NCBI GenBank assembly: GCA_026709985.1
Contig: JAPORY010000063.1
Coordinates: forward strand, 6,260 to 70,259
DNA: 64,000 nucleotides
Direction: 5' to 3'
Source: Aestuariivita sp.
GTDB taxonomy: Bacteria > Pseudomonadota > Alphaproteobacteria > Rhodobacterales > Rhodobacteraceae
A program made the translations under genes and the position numbers. The notes beneath the pieces are model-generated. The model saw nothing but the letters and a program-made list of their open reading frames with translations. It did not search any database and had not been told where the DNA came from. This document shows, one piece after another, positions 38,957 to 48,936 of the stretch (within the stretch, counting starts at the first letter, position 1; each line of letters begins with the position of its first letter).

Positions 38957-40381
38957 ATGACAGGCCCTATCAACTTCGATGAAATGTGGGGAAGCGACGG
39001 CATTCCACGCGATCCCTATCACGATTTCCTCAACTGGTTTGAGCAGGAAGATCCAAAACGGCTTCAACAAAAACAGAAGGAGTCGGAAGAACTCTTCCGC
39101 CTCACCGGAATAACGTTCAACGTTTACGGACGCGAGGAAGCCGAGGAACGGTTGATTCCATTCGACATCATTCCACGAATCGTTTCCGCTTCCGAATGGC
39201 GAAAGGTCGTTAGGGGAATTGAACAACGGGTGCGTGCCATCAATGCCTTTCTCCATGACCTTTATCATCGTCAGGAGATTCTCCGCGCCAAGCGCATTCC
39301 AGAAAGTATCATCAGCAATAATTCGGCATTCTTGCCGCAGATGATCGGTATTTCTCCGCCTGGTAACATATACACGCAAATTGTCGGCGTAGATCTCGTT
39401 CGAACAGGACATGAGGAATTCTACGTCCTCGAAGACAACGCTAGAACGCCTAGTGGCGTCAGCTATATGCTCGAAAACCGAGAAACCATGCTGCAAATGT
39501 TTCCGGAACTCTTTTCGCAAATCAGAGTGCAGCCAGTACAAACTTATCCGACCGATCTCTTGCGTTCACTATCCGATTGCGCACCGTCGGGGCTTTTGCA
39601 CGAGCCGACAGTCGCCGTATTGACACCGGGCATTTATAATTCTGCGTATTTTGAACACTCCTTTCTTGCAGATAAAATGGGCGTCGAGCTTGTTGAAATG
39701 CAGGATTTGCGGATTATTGACGGTCGGGTCGCCATGCGCACGATCGCGGGATATAAAACTATTGATGTTCTCTATCGCCGGATTGATGACGACTTTCTCG
39801 ACCCTCTTAACTTTCGATCTGATAGTCAGATCGGGGTTGCGGGACTATTCGATGTTTACCGAGCTGGTCGAATTACGATTGCCAATGCTCCGGGGACTGG
39901 CATCGCCGATGACAAAGCAATATACAGCTATATTCCAGAGATCATCCGATTCTACACTGGCGAACGACCGCTCTTGAAAAATGTTCCAACTTGGCGTTGC
40001 GTTGAGAAGGAGGCGCTGGCTTACGTGCTAGATCACTTGAGCGAACTGGTGGTCAAAGAGGTGCACGGATCGGGTGGCTATGGGATGCTAATCGGGCCAG
40101 CGGCGACAAAAAAAGAACTCGCAACTTTCGCAAAAAAGCTAAAGTCTCGACCAGCTAACTTTATCGCTCAGCCGACCCTAGCACTATCGACGGTACCTAT
40201 ACTGACTCGTACGGGGTTGAGTTCCCGCCATGTCGACTTGCGTCCCTTTGTGTTGGTTAGTCCAAAGGGTATCACGGTAACGCCCGGAGGCCTGACGCGT
40301 GTCGCACTGAAAAAGAAATCTCTTGTTGTGAACTCCTCGCAAGGTGGGGGTACAAAAGATACATGGGTGCTCGAAAATTAA
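38957..40381 (+). CDS. Circularly permuted ATP-grasp protein (CP_ATPgrasp / DUF404-DUF407 family)
   Basis: 474 aa, colinear with the family as I remember it (FNVYG...IPFDIIPRI, EDNARTPSGVSY, ANAPGTGIADDKAIY, VKEVHGSGGYGM, NSSQGGGTKDTWVL). First gene of the Anbu-type operon. Confidence 0.85.
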   Translation: MTGPINFDEMWGSDGIPRDPYHDFLNWFEQEDPKRLQQKQKESEELFRLTGITFNVYGREEAEERLIPFDIIPRIVSASEWRKVVRGIEQRVRAINAFLHDLYHRQEILRAKRIPESIISNNSAFLPQMIGISPPGNIYTQIVGVDLVRTGHEEFYVLEDNARTPSGVSYMLENRETMLQMFPELFSQIRVQPVQTYPTDLLRSLSDCAPSGLLHEPTVAVLTPGIYNSAYFEHSFLADKMGVELVEMQDLRIIDGRVAMRTIAGYKTIDVLYRRIDDDFLDPLNFRSDSQIGVAGLFDVYRAGRITIANAPGTGIADDKAIYSYIPEIIRFYTGERPLLKNVPTWRCVEKEALAYVLDHLSELVVKEVHGSGGYGMLIGPAATKKELATFAKKLKSRPANFIAQPTLALSTVPILTRTGLSSRHVDLRPFVLVSPKGITVTPGGLTRVALKKKSLVVNSSQGGGTKDTWVLEN

Positions 40382-41322
40382 TGCTGGGTCGAACGGCAAA
40401 CGGTCTCTATTGGATGTATCGATACCTTGAGCGGGCGGAGAACACCGCCCGACTCATTGCCACGGGGCAGCGAATTGCCTTGACCCGTTTGCATGGCGGC
40501 GACGATGAGTGGCGATCAATCCTGCAAACCGCTGCTGTCTTGGAGGGCTATGATCAACGCCACAGTGAACTCACCAAAGCTTCTGCTATCAACTGGTTAT
40601 TGCGTTCAGAGGACAATCCTTCGTCGATCTACGCCTGTCTTATGGCCGCTCGACAAAATGCCCGTATGGTTCGAACTGCGTTGACTGGAGAGGTCTGGGA
40701 AGCGGTAAACGCAACTTACATGCACTGCAAGGCGACATTGAAGCGGCGTCTACCTGAGCGCGATATACCTACGGCACTCGCTTCGATTCGACAACGCACA
40801 GCACTTGTTCGGGGTATGACCCACGGAACAATGCTACGCAACGAGATATTTGACTTTGCCCGTATCGGGACGTTTTTGGAACGGGCGGACAACACTGCTC
40901 GGATATTGGACGTCAAATACTACGTTTTATTGCCATCGGTTACCGCTGTTGGATCATCCATCGATAACGTGCAGTGGGAGACCATACTTCGGTCGGTTTC
41001 CGCTCGCGGAGGTTTCATGATGGAGTATGGCAATTCGTTTTCGGCTAGTGATATTGCAAATTTTCTTCTTCTGGACAATAGAATGCCGCGCAGCCTTGCT
41101 TTCTGCACAAGTAAGATTAGCGATAATCTCCATTACCTTACCGCAAATTATCCAATTTCGCCGCCGAGCTGTGAGCAAATCGAATCTATCCAACAAACTC
41201 ACCTGCGTAACCACATTTCCGAGATTTTTGAATCTGGACTACACGAGTTTCTTCAAGAATATATTGCCTTACTTGGCGCATTAGGTCGCCAGATTGAGAT
41301 TGACTTTAGATTCTATGAATAA
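40381..41322 (+). CDS. Alpha-E domain protein (DUF403)
   Basis: MLGRTANGLYWMYRYLERAENTARL is the hallmark alpha-E N-terminus. The ATG overlaps the upstream TAA (TAATG), which implies translational coupling. Confidence 0.85.
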   Translation: MLGRTANGLYWMYRYLERAENTARLIATGQRIALTRLHGGDDEWRSILQTAAVLEGYDQRHSELTKASAINWLLRSEDNPSSIYACLMAARQNARMVRTALTGEVWEAVNATYMHCKATLKRRLPERDIPTALASIRQRTALVRGMTHGTMLRNEIFDFARIGTFLERADNTARILDVKYYVLLPSVTAVGSSIDNVQWETILRSVSARGGFMMEYGNSFSASDIANFLLLDNRMPRSLAFCTSKISDNLHYLTANYPISPPSCEQIESIQQTHLRNHISEIFESGLHEFLQEYIALLGALGRQIEIDFRFYE

Positions 41323-42124
41323 CGCGAAAACCCTTCGAATACGCCATCGTACGCATTACGCCTTTGAGGTGCCCATTACATATGGTTTGCAGCAGGTGCG
41401 CATGTTGCCGCGAGAAGATCAAGGTCAACGCGTAATATCTTGGAAGGTCGAGATTGACGGTGGCGTCAAGGAATTAGAATTTATTGATCATCATTCCAAC
41501 AATGTCCAACTCTTTAGTTTTCATAACAATGTTTTGGACGTGCTTGTCGTTTGCGAGGGAATGATAGAGATCGGAGATCAATCTGGCGTTGTTGGTAAAC
41601 ACCGGGCACTGACGCCGCTTTGGCTCTTTGAACGCGAAACATCTGAAACGCGGGCTGGCAGCGCTGTTCGCGGACTGGCGCAGAAAGTCAAAGGTGGGTC
41701 CGATCTTAAGAAACTTCATGCGCTCAGCGAATTAATCAAGACTAGCATAATCTATCAAACTGAGGATCAGTATTCGGGGCGCAGTGCTGATAGGATTGTT
41801 CAGGATGGTTTTGGTGTATGTCAGGATCATGCACATGTCTTCATTGCTGCCGCCCGACATATGGGTTTTCCCTGTCGGTATGTTTCTGGTTATTTGTTGT
41901 TAGATGACACCGATGAGCAAGAAGCTATGCACGCATGGGTTGAGGCGCATATTTTCAATCTTGGATGGGTAGGTTTTGATGTCTCAAATGGTATTTCCCC
42001 GGACAACCGTTATGTGAAAGTTGCGACGGGCTTGAGTTATCAGGAAGCGGCTCCGATCATTGGAACAAGGATCGGTGGGGGGAGTGAGCGCTTAAATGTC
42101 GCCATCGAAGTAGCGCAGCAATAG
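41315..42124 (+). CDS. Transglutaminase-like cysteine peptidase-fold protein
   Basis: N-terminal bacterial transglutaminase-like region (LRIRHRTHYAF). Candidate Cys-His-Asp triad in context: GVCQDHAHVF, MHAWVEAH, GFDVSNG. The start ATG 41315 overlaps the alpha-E stop (ATGAATAA). Confidence 0.85.
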   Translation: MNNAKTLRIRHRTHYAFEVPITYGLQQVRMLPREDQGQRVISWKVEIDGGVKELEFIDHHSNNVQLFSFHNNVLDVLVVCEGMIEIGDQSGVVGKHRALTPLWLFERETSETRAGSAVRGLAQKVKGGSDLKKLHALSELIKTSIIYQTEDQYSGRSADRIVQDGFGVCQDHAHVFIAAARHMGFPCRYVSGYLLLDDTDEQEAMHAWVEAHIFNLGWVGFDVSNGISPDNRYVKVATGLSYQEAAPIIGTRIGGGSERLNVAIEVAQQ

Positions 42125-42133
42125 AGGTTCGAC

Positions 42134-42859
42134 ATGACCTATTGCGTTGGAATGATGCTTGATCAAGGTTTGGTGTTTATGTCTGATACCCGCACCAATG
42201 CCGGATTGGACAATATTTCCACCTTTAGGAAAATGCATATCTGGGAGGATTCAGGCGAGCGCGTAATCACCCTATTATCGGCAGGCAATCTTGCGACCAC
42301 TCAATCGGTCATTAGTCTATTGGACGAGCGTAGCAAGGCACCCGAATGTCGAAGTCCAACCGTTCTCGCGGCGGAGTCCATGTTTCAAGTCGCACAGATT
42401 ATCGCGGGCACGTTGCAAGAAGTCATACAGCAACGCACAGAAGTTGGTCAGTCGAGCGAAAAGTCTTTTGATGCAACGATGATACTGGGGGGCCAAATTC
42501 GTGGTGGTACCACTCGGCTGTTTCTGATCTATCCGGAAGGAAACTTCATCGAAGCGGGGGCTGACACGCCGTTTTTTCAAATTGGTGAAATCAAGTACGG
42601 ACGACCGATCTTGGTTCGGGCCTACCACCCAACTCTTGATTTCAGTGCCGCCCTCAAACTGATGTTAGTAAGCTTCGACTCAACGCTAAGAGCGAACCTT
42701 ACTGTTGGTCCACCCTTTGATTATCATTGCTACGAAGCCGATACATTCACGCGAGGGCCTTGTGGCCGGGTCGAGAGCGATGATCCGCGCTTTCTTACTA
42801 TTAGTGAAGGTTGGAGTGACGCGCTAAAGCGTGCTTTAGAGGAACTGCCCAGCTTTTGA
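42134..42859 (+). CDS. Anbu (ancestral beta-subunit) proteasome-homologue Ntn hydrolase
   Basis: 241 aa beginning MTYCVG, so the candidate nucleophile Thr directly follows Met with no propeptide. The length and the position after the ATP-grasp/alpha-E/transglutaminase genes are characteristic of Anbu. Confidence 0.8.
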   Translation: MTYCVGMMLDQGLVFMSDTRTNAGLDNISTFRKMHIWEDSGERVITLLSAGNLATTQSVISLLDERSKAPECRSPTVLAAESMFQVAQIIAGTLQEVIQQRTEVGQSSEKSFDATMILGGQIRGGTTRLFLIYPEGNFIEAGADTPFFQIGEIKYGRPILVRAYHPTLDFSAALKLMLVSFDSTLRANLTVGPPFDYHCYEADTFTRGPCGRVESDDPRFLTISEGWSDALKRALEELPSF

Positions 42860-43103
42860 TCTCGATTCAAATGCTATTTCGATAAAGCTTTGTAGTGTTG
42901 CGCCGTGTAAAGTAATGCTTAGACGGTATCAAGTCATGAGACAGGTTCTCGAAAAACCTCAAAGTCATTAATTGCAAGTTGGTTCCTTGAATCCGAGGCA
43001 CCGAGAAGTAGTGTCCAAAGTCAAACGATAAACACGAAGCATTGCGCTCGCAAATGAGGGATAAAATTTCTTGAACTCCTCTTGGTTCGCTAGCTTAACT
43101 ATC

Positions 43104-43814
43104 CTAGGGGCTCATGAGGTCTATGCGTGATCCAAAAAGATTAGGCAGGTCCTTTTCGTATACCCGGAAACCGGTACCATGATTGCGTGACGCACCGGAC
43201 GGCTTTAAGTGCATCCGAATGTCAATCAGTGCCTTTCCTTTCATAAAACTATCGCGAAACTGTTTTGAATTCGGTTCTGTGAGTAGATGCGCTTGGTTAA
43301 AATGAAATTCCTCGCGCCCCTCTCGTTGTCGGACATCCGCGTGGACCAAAAGTAACCGCTCAAATTTGCTCATGAATTTCCCGACAATATTAAACAGATC
43401 CCATGACGCGACGACTTCGTTCGTTTTGGAATCAATCACGCAAACCATTTCCGAATCATCTGGCAAATAAGCCTGAAGTCCCTGCGGATTCGCCGCTAAC
43501 GCGGAAACCGTGCTGTACAGAGCTTGACGGTTTCTAACGGCATCGAAATATCCCCAGCGCTTAACGACTTCAGCTTGATGCACTTTCCATGCTGCTCGAT
43601 TGAAAGTGAATAGGGTAATAAGGTTATTGGTGGTGTTGCGTGTCGCTTTGATTTCCGTTCGGCCACCGATGTCAGGGATCGGAAGATTGTTTTCCGATAT
43701 ATTTAACCACTTCTCGAGTGTATGACCGATGCCCGTCGGGCCCATTCGTTCGGATGAAACAAAACCCATATCTCTTAGTTCCGATAGGAACTGTCGTAAT
43801 TGCGTCAAGCGCAC
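43104..43814 (-). CDS. Type II restriction endonuclease, MvaI/BcnI (MutH-like) family
   Basis: 236 aa, GTG start 2 nt after the methyltransferase stop. A PD-(D/E)XK-type element IPDIGGRTEIKATR has MutH-like short D...ExK spacing. The length matches BcnI/MvaI (about 240 aa). Confidence 0.65.
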   Translation of the reverse strand: MRLTQLRQFLSELRDMGFVSSERMGPTGIGHTLEKWLNISENNLPIPDIGGRTEIKATRNTTNNLITLFTFNRAAWKVHQAEVVKRWGYFDAVRNRQALYSTVSALAANPQGLQAYLPDDSEMVCVIDSKTNEVVASWDLFNIVGKFMSKFERLLLVHADVRQREGREEFHFNQAHLLTEPNSKQFRDSFMKGKALIDIRMHLKPSGASRNHGTGFRVYEKDLPNLFGSRIDLMSP

Positions 43815-43816
43815 GG

Positions 43817-45058
43817 TTAGGTAACTTTCTGACAGATAACGATCTTCTCGACTGTTATCGTTTTGCCAATTTTGCCAGAGACGTTGGTCGGAGAATTTAG
43901 AGACGGCATGCGTTTATTCGGAATGGTCCGCGTCGGGACTGCGATCGATTTGAAACCTTGTTCTGCAAAGAAAGCGGCTGTTGTATCAGCCATCGGTATC
44001 TTGGATCCTTTAACTGTTCGGTCCGCAACAACATAACAGATATACCCCCCATTTTTGACTAGAGCGGCAACATTTCCAATTGAAGCGCGGTAGTCTGCAA
44101 AAAATGCGGCGACTTCGCGTGCCCTATCGCGGTGAACACCCGATATCCCAGCGATGACAGCATCAAGTGTCGGCACGTCGAATGATTGGACTTTTGCAAC
44201 CTTGCCACCCCCCATAAGCAAATTATCCATGCGAGAGGCGTCAGGAAAACCAAGCCATTCTGCGGACAATCTCGAAAATTGACCGTAGGCTACAGTTGTT
44301 CGAGAATCACCGTAGGGTGGCGACGTCACAACTAGATCTACAGAGCACGGAACAACTGCGCATTTAGGAATACCATCCACGGTATTAAATCCGTGAATTG
44401 CAGGCGGCAGCCGTGGCGTCGATACTATGTTCTTCAAAGAGAAGAGGCGTTGTCGAATGTCAATAAGGGCGTCAAGCATCAAGGCAAATGGCTCAGCCTT
44501 ATGAGCTTTTATCTGTTTGTCCGACATTCGATAGAGCTTGAATTCGCCTTGTCGAACCCATGATGACTTACGTACTGCGATACTAAAGGCTACTCTAAAC
44601 ACGTCAGCAATTGTTGGCTTCTCTATCGCATCAATATATTTGCGGATTGCAGCTAGATCCGACTGCACCTGCTTTGCGAACCAGTAGTTGATATTTGTGA
44701 CGTACGGTAATGGACAGTTCTTGTCGGGTATTGATTTCGGAAAGCGAGAAATCTCCTCATCCAATAGAGAAATGCTAATTGGATGAGTCTTTACTCGTGA
44801 AATTAGTCGGGCGAGGGGATTGAGATCAGTGCCAATGGCATTCATCCCAGCGAGCATAGCTTCAAGAAGGGTAGTGCCCGAACCGCAATATGGATCAAAA
44901 ATTACTCCGCCGCTGTTGCCGTAGATATTGATGAGACGGCTTGCGACTTGCGGTATCATCTTTGCTGGGTACGGATGTATCCCGTGAGTGAGTGTTTTTG
45001 TATCCGCTTCTCGGAACGTCCAATCGCCAGCCAGCATTTCGCATGAGGGTTGAGTCAT
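43817..45058 (-). CDS. DNA methyltransferase, N4/N6 family (SPPY motif, probably N4-cytosine)
   Basis: 413 aa with THGIHPYPAKMIP, an AdoMet motif I FDPYCGSGTTLLEA near the N-terminus, and catalytic motif IV VVTSPPYGD about 190 aa later (alpha-type order). Confidence 0.85.
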   Translation of the reverse strand: MTQPSCEMLAGDWTFREADTKTLTHGIHPYPAKMIPQVASRLINIYGNSGGVIFDPYCGSGTTLLEAMLAGMNAIGTDLNPLARLISRVKTHPISISLLDEEISRFPKSIPDKNCPLPYVTNINYWFAKQVQSDLAAIRKYIDAIEKPTIADVFRVAFSIAVRKSSWVRQGEFKLYRMSDKQIKAHKAEPFALMLDALIDIRQRLFSLKNIVSTPRLPPAIHGFNTVDGIPKCAVVPCSVDLVVTSPPYGDSRTTVAYGQFSRLSAEWLGFPDASRMDNLLMGGGKVAKVQSFDVPTLDAVIAGISGVHRDRAREVAAFFADYRASIGNVAALVKNGGYICYVVADRTVKGSKIPMADTTAAFFAEQGFKSIAVPTRTIPNKRMPSLNSPTNVSGKIGKTITVEKIVICQKVT

Positions 45059-45665
45059 TTGAATATCAAAGGCCGTGCCTGTTCAATTCCTCGGACAAAG
45101 GAAGTGTTAGTTTTACGGTTTTAGTATGTCGCATTCTATCCTCATTGAAGAGGGCGGATCGTGATAGCCAAAATCCGACGCTCGAACGTAGCCGCACCCA
45201 CGACAGCAGTGATCATCTACTGTTCTGCACACTTGCAGTTGTAGGTTAGGCATAGAGTTTTCCACTATTTAGTAGTTTACTACCAGTTTCGACGATCAGT
45301 GACAAGACTTTTGGTCAATTTCTTCAATAACAGCATCCGTTGCTCTAGTATGGCGGGGTCTTTTTGGGAAATCTGCGTTTGGGCAAGAGCCGCCTCGTGG
45401 AAAATTGTGACAAATAAATCAAGCAACTGCAATCAATCCGCCCAACCGTGCGTGTCTTCTTGATTATCAATGTTGGTCACAACGAAGGTCGGAACAAAAA
45501 ATTTCGACAGATAGTAAAATAATCGGGCTTGCGCTATTCGGTTTACCCGCAGCAAATTTTCGGAATATTTCGCGAAACTGACAGAAAGTCTTTCGCGGAG
45601 TTGAACTTTATGGATTGTGGTACGCAACCGGAAAGTTGCAAAGAAAAAGCTAGTTTAAATTCTTG

Positions 45666-46679
45666 CTAGCTTCTTATTCTGGCACCGACCATGGCTTTGC
45701 TGCCACGTTCCCGATACGGTGTCGTGTCGTATTGCATACGATAACACTTGGAGAAATGACTGGGCGAGGTAAAACCGCAGGCTAACGCAACATTAATCAC
45801 GCTCATATTGGTTTGCATCAATAAATTCCGCGCTCGCTGCAAGCGCAAGTCCATATAATACCGCTTCGGGCTTCTATTCAGATAACGACGAAACAAGCGC
45901 TCCAGCTGTCGTGTCGACATGGCAACGCGTGTGGCTAGCAAAGAAGGGCTGATTGGCTCCTCTAGATTCTCTTCCATCATTTCGATGACTTGACTCAACT
46001 TCGGGTGCCGAACACCGATTCGAGTGGGGATCGAAAGTCGCTGAATATCCTGATCAGTTCTGATGGCGGAGTATATCAGTTGGTCAGCGACCGCAGATGC
46101 CAAGTTATCATCATGATGCTCGGCGATGAGTTTTAACATGAGATCAATTGACGCGGCACCTCCCGCCGCCGTCATTCTGTTGCCGTCAATCATGAATACA
46201 GACTTGGTGAGTTCAACTTCTATAAATTCTTCCACGAAGCTATCTTGGTTTTCCCAATGAATAGTGGCTTTACGACCTTCTAATAGACCTGCCTTTGCTA
46301 ACACATATGGTGCTGTGCACAGCCCGCCAAAAGCCACACCATGTCGAGCCTCGCGCCGGACCCAATTGAGAAGCCCGCGAGTCGTGGCTTTTTGAATGTC
46401 AGTTCCACCGCAGATGAAGACTAGGTCATCGTGGTTTAATTCTGGTAAATCACCGTCCACAGTAATCGCCAATCCAGCCGAACAACATACGTGATCACTC
46501 CTTTCACCGACAATTCGCCAATGATAAAGTTCACTTTGCGCTATACGGTTGGCAATTCGCAAACTTTCGATTGCCGAGGAAAAACTTATGAGTGAAAAAT
46601 TATCCAATAATACGAAGACAATTCGGCGCGTTGATGGGTGGGTTGGGGTGGAATTGGAACGCATGCCCGCAGTTTGCAT
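45666..46679 (-). CDS. GlxA-family transcriptional regulator (DJ-1/PfpI-like domain plus AraC-type HTH)
   Basis: 337 aa. The N-terminal half has class I amidotransferase-like architecture (VFICGG, GGLCTAPYVLAKAGLL). The C-terminal half is an AraC HTH (GFTSPSHFSKCYRMQYDTTPYRER). Confidence 0.8.
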   Translation of the reverse strand: MQTAGMRSNSTPTHPSTRRIVFVLLDNFSLISFSSAIESLRIANRIAQSELYHWRIVGERSDHVCCSAGLAITVDGDLPELNHDDLVFICGGTDIQKATTRGLLNWVRREARHGVAFGGLCTAPYVLAKAGLLEGRKATIHWENQDSFVEEFIEVELTKSVFMIDGNRMTAAGGAASIDLMLKLIAEHHDDNLASAVADQLIYSAIRTDQDIQRLSIPTRIGVRHPKLSQVIEMMEENLEEPISPSLLATRVAMSTRQLERLFRRYLNRSPKRYYMDLRLQRARNLLMQTNMSVINVALACGFTSPSHFSKCYRMQYDTTPYRERGSKAMVGARIRS

Positions 46680-46837
46680 GTTCGTACCCTCATTACAGTG
46701 ATTGATCGTTTCGCAATATTAGCCTGTCGTTAGAGCAGAGCCCCGATGATATCATTTGATGGGTTCATGCAAGAAATATCAACTATAGTCACCACTAACC
46801 AGATGGTATAGGCAGATAATCGACTTGCGAGTAAAAT

Positions 46838-48223
46838 TTGAAAGATGATCGTATGCAAACGTGGAAGAAAAGCGATTGGCGAACGAAACCAAGAGTTCAA
46901 ATGCCAGAATATACCGACATTCAAACGCTTGAAACGGTAGAAGCCCAAATCGCAAAATTTCCTCCACTCGTCTTTGCCGGTGAGGTTCGTACGCTCAAAC
47001 AACAGCTTGCAGCAGCGTCGCTCGGTGAAGCATTTGTATTGCAAGGCGGAGATTGCGCGGAGAGTTTCGAAAGCTTTAGCGCTGATCGCATTCGAGACAC
47101 TTTCAGAGTATTGTTGCAAATGGCCATGGTTTTGACCTATGGAGCCAAAGTGCCAGTGGTTAAACTCGGCCGCTTGGCGGGTCAATTTGCCAAACCAAGA
47201 TCAGAACCGATAGAGAAACGGGAAGGGCTCTCGCTACCGTCATACCGCGGTGACATCATTAATGATCTCAGGTTTACGCCTGCGGCACGAAACCCAGATC
47301 CGCTGCGAATGCTTCAAGCATACACGCAGTCGGCCGCAACCCTTAATTTGCTGCGAGCATTTTCGACGGGCGGGTTTGCCGACATGACCCGCGTTCACGC
47401 CTGGACACTTGAGTTCACCGATAGCGATCGAGCGGAACGGTACCGTGAACTTGCCACGCGCATCCAAGATACAATTGATTTCATGTTAGCGGTTGGAATT
47501 AATGCCGATACGGCGCACGAGATTTCGAAAGTAGATTTTTTTACAAGCCACGAATCGCTGCTTCTCGAATATGAAGAGGCACTCACCCGAATCGACTCCA
47601 CGTCAAATTGCTGGTTAGCGGGTTCTGGGCATATGCTTTGGATTGGGGACCGTACGCGGCAACCAGACGGTGCTCACATAGAGTTTGCCCGTGGGGTGAT
47701 TAATCCGATTGGCGTTAAATGTGGGCCCTCTCTGAACGCGGAAGATCTGAAGCTAATTTTACACCGTCTAAACCCCCACAATGAAGCGGGGCGAATTACC
47801 CTGATTGCTCGTTTTGGCGCCGACCAGATTGGCCACCGTCTGCCGCCGTTAGTGCAAATGGTAAAACAAGAAGGATTTCGGGTAGTTTGGATCTGTGATC
47901 CAATGCACGGAAATACGATAAAATCATCGACAGGCTTCAAAACTCGATCGTTTGAGCGTGTGCTAAAGGAAGTCCAAGGTTTTTTTGCTGTTCATGCGAG
48001 TGAGAACACGATACCGGCCGGGGTGCATATCGAAATGACTGGAGATAACGTGACCGAGTGCATTGGTGGCATTCAAGCCGTAACCGATGAAGACTTGCAT
48101 TCGAGATACCACACGGCGTGTGACCCACGGTTGAATGCGTCCCAGTCGTTAGAATTGGCATTTTTGGTTGCCGAAGAGATTTCGTCTAGGCGCGGTGAGA
48201 AAATCAAGCGCGTGGTGAGTTGA
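46838..48223 (+). CDS. aroH: Class II 3-deoxy-7-phosphoheptulonate (DAHP) synthase
   Basis: 461 aa with PPLVFAGEVRTLKQQLA, FVLQGGDCAESF, WIGDRTRQ, DPMHGNT and RYHTACDPRLN, diagnostic of plant-like class II DAHP synthases. Confidence 0.92.
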   Translation: MKDDRMQTWKKSDWRTKPRVQMPEYTDIQTLETVEAQIAKFPPLVFAGEVRTLKQQLAAASLGEAFVLQGGDCAESFESFSADRIRDTFRVLLQMAMVLTYGAKVPVVKLGRLAGQFAKPRSEPIEKREGLSLPSYRGDIINDLRFTPAARNPDPLRMLQAYTQSAATLNLLRAFSTGGFADMTRVHAWTLEFTDSDRAERYRELATRIQDTIDFMLAVGINADTAHEISKVDFFTSHESLLLEYEEALTRIDSTSNCWLAGSGHMLWIGDRTRQPDGAHIEFARGVINPIGVKCGPSLNAEDLKLILHRLNPHNEAGRITLIARFGADQIGHRLPPLVQMVKQEGFRVVWICDPMHGNTIKSSTGFKTRSFERVLKEVQGFFAVHASENTIPAGVHIEMTGDNVTECIGGIQAVTDEDLHSRYHTACDPRLNASQSLELAFLVAEEISSRRGEKIKRVVS

Positions 48224-48225
48224 AC

Positions 48226-48936
48226 CTAATCCTTGCGGCTATCTTCCTTAGGCAGCAATAAATTGGCTTCGTTACCGTTGACGCCATTGGGATACACGAG
48301 GCCAGCAGAAATGACTAATTTGGCCGCGTCCTCAATTGACATGTCAAGTTCCACCACGTCTGACTTCGGAAAAAACAGCAAGAAACCCGATGTAGGGTTG
48401 GGCGTTGTTGGTACGAAAACGGATACCATAGAATCCTCGGCGTTAGCTTTCTCCAATACTTCGCCGCGTGTATCGGTTGAAATAAAGCCAATGGCCCAGA
48501 TCCCCCGCCTTGGATATTCAATCAGACAAGCTTTCTGGAATGATCTTTCAGACTGCGCAAATACGGTTTCGGCAATCTGTTTGATACCGGAATAGATTGA
48601 TCGCACCACTGGCGTTCGTTCAACGATGTTTTCACCCCACCGAATTAACGAACGACCAATTAGGCCTTTCGCAATCCAACCGACCACGACCGTGAAGATT
48701 AGAAAAATGGCCAGGCCGAGGCCGCGGAGGTTGGTACCAATATAATGCTCGGGGGTAATCCAATGAGGGATTAAAGGTAGAACAAAACTATCGACCCAAC
48801 CAATCAATGTCCAAATTAACCAGAGGGTCAGGCCGATCGGTAAAATTACAATCAACCCGGTCAAAAAAGAAGCTCGCAGTCCAGCAAATAAACCAGTACG
48901 GCGGTTTGGGGGATCTTGTTCAAAAGGTGTCGTCAT
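48226..48936 (-). CDS. DUF502-family membrane protein
   Basis: 236 aa with two N-terminal TM helices followed by the PVVRSIYSGIKQI and TTPNPTSGF motifs typical of DUF502. Confidence 0.75.
   Translation of the reverse strand: MTTPFEQDPPNRRTGLFAGLRASFLTGLIVILPIGLTLWLIWTLIGWVDSFVLPLIPHWITPEHYIGTNLRGLGLAIFLIFTVVVGWIAKGLIGRSLIRWGENIVERTPVVRSIYSGIKQIAETVFAQSERSFQKACLIEYPRRGIWAIGFISTDTRGEVLEKANAEDSMVSVFVPTTPNPTSGFLLFFPKSDVVELDMSIEDAAKLVISAGLVYPNGVNGNEANLLLPKEDSRKD

Noticed and set aside
38918-39541. 207-aa ORF antisense to the 5' part of the circularly permuted ATP-grasp gene.
   Set aside because: It is fully embedded opposite a strongly supported gene and has no recognisable motifs. This is a typical shadow ORF.
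46730-47185. 151-aa ORF antisense to the 5' end of the DAHP synthase gene, extending into the divergent promoter region.
   Set aside because: It overlaps a confidently identified gene and has no recognisable domain.
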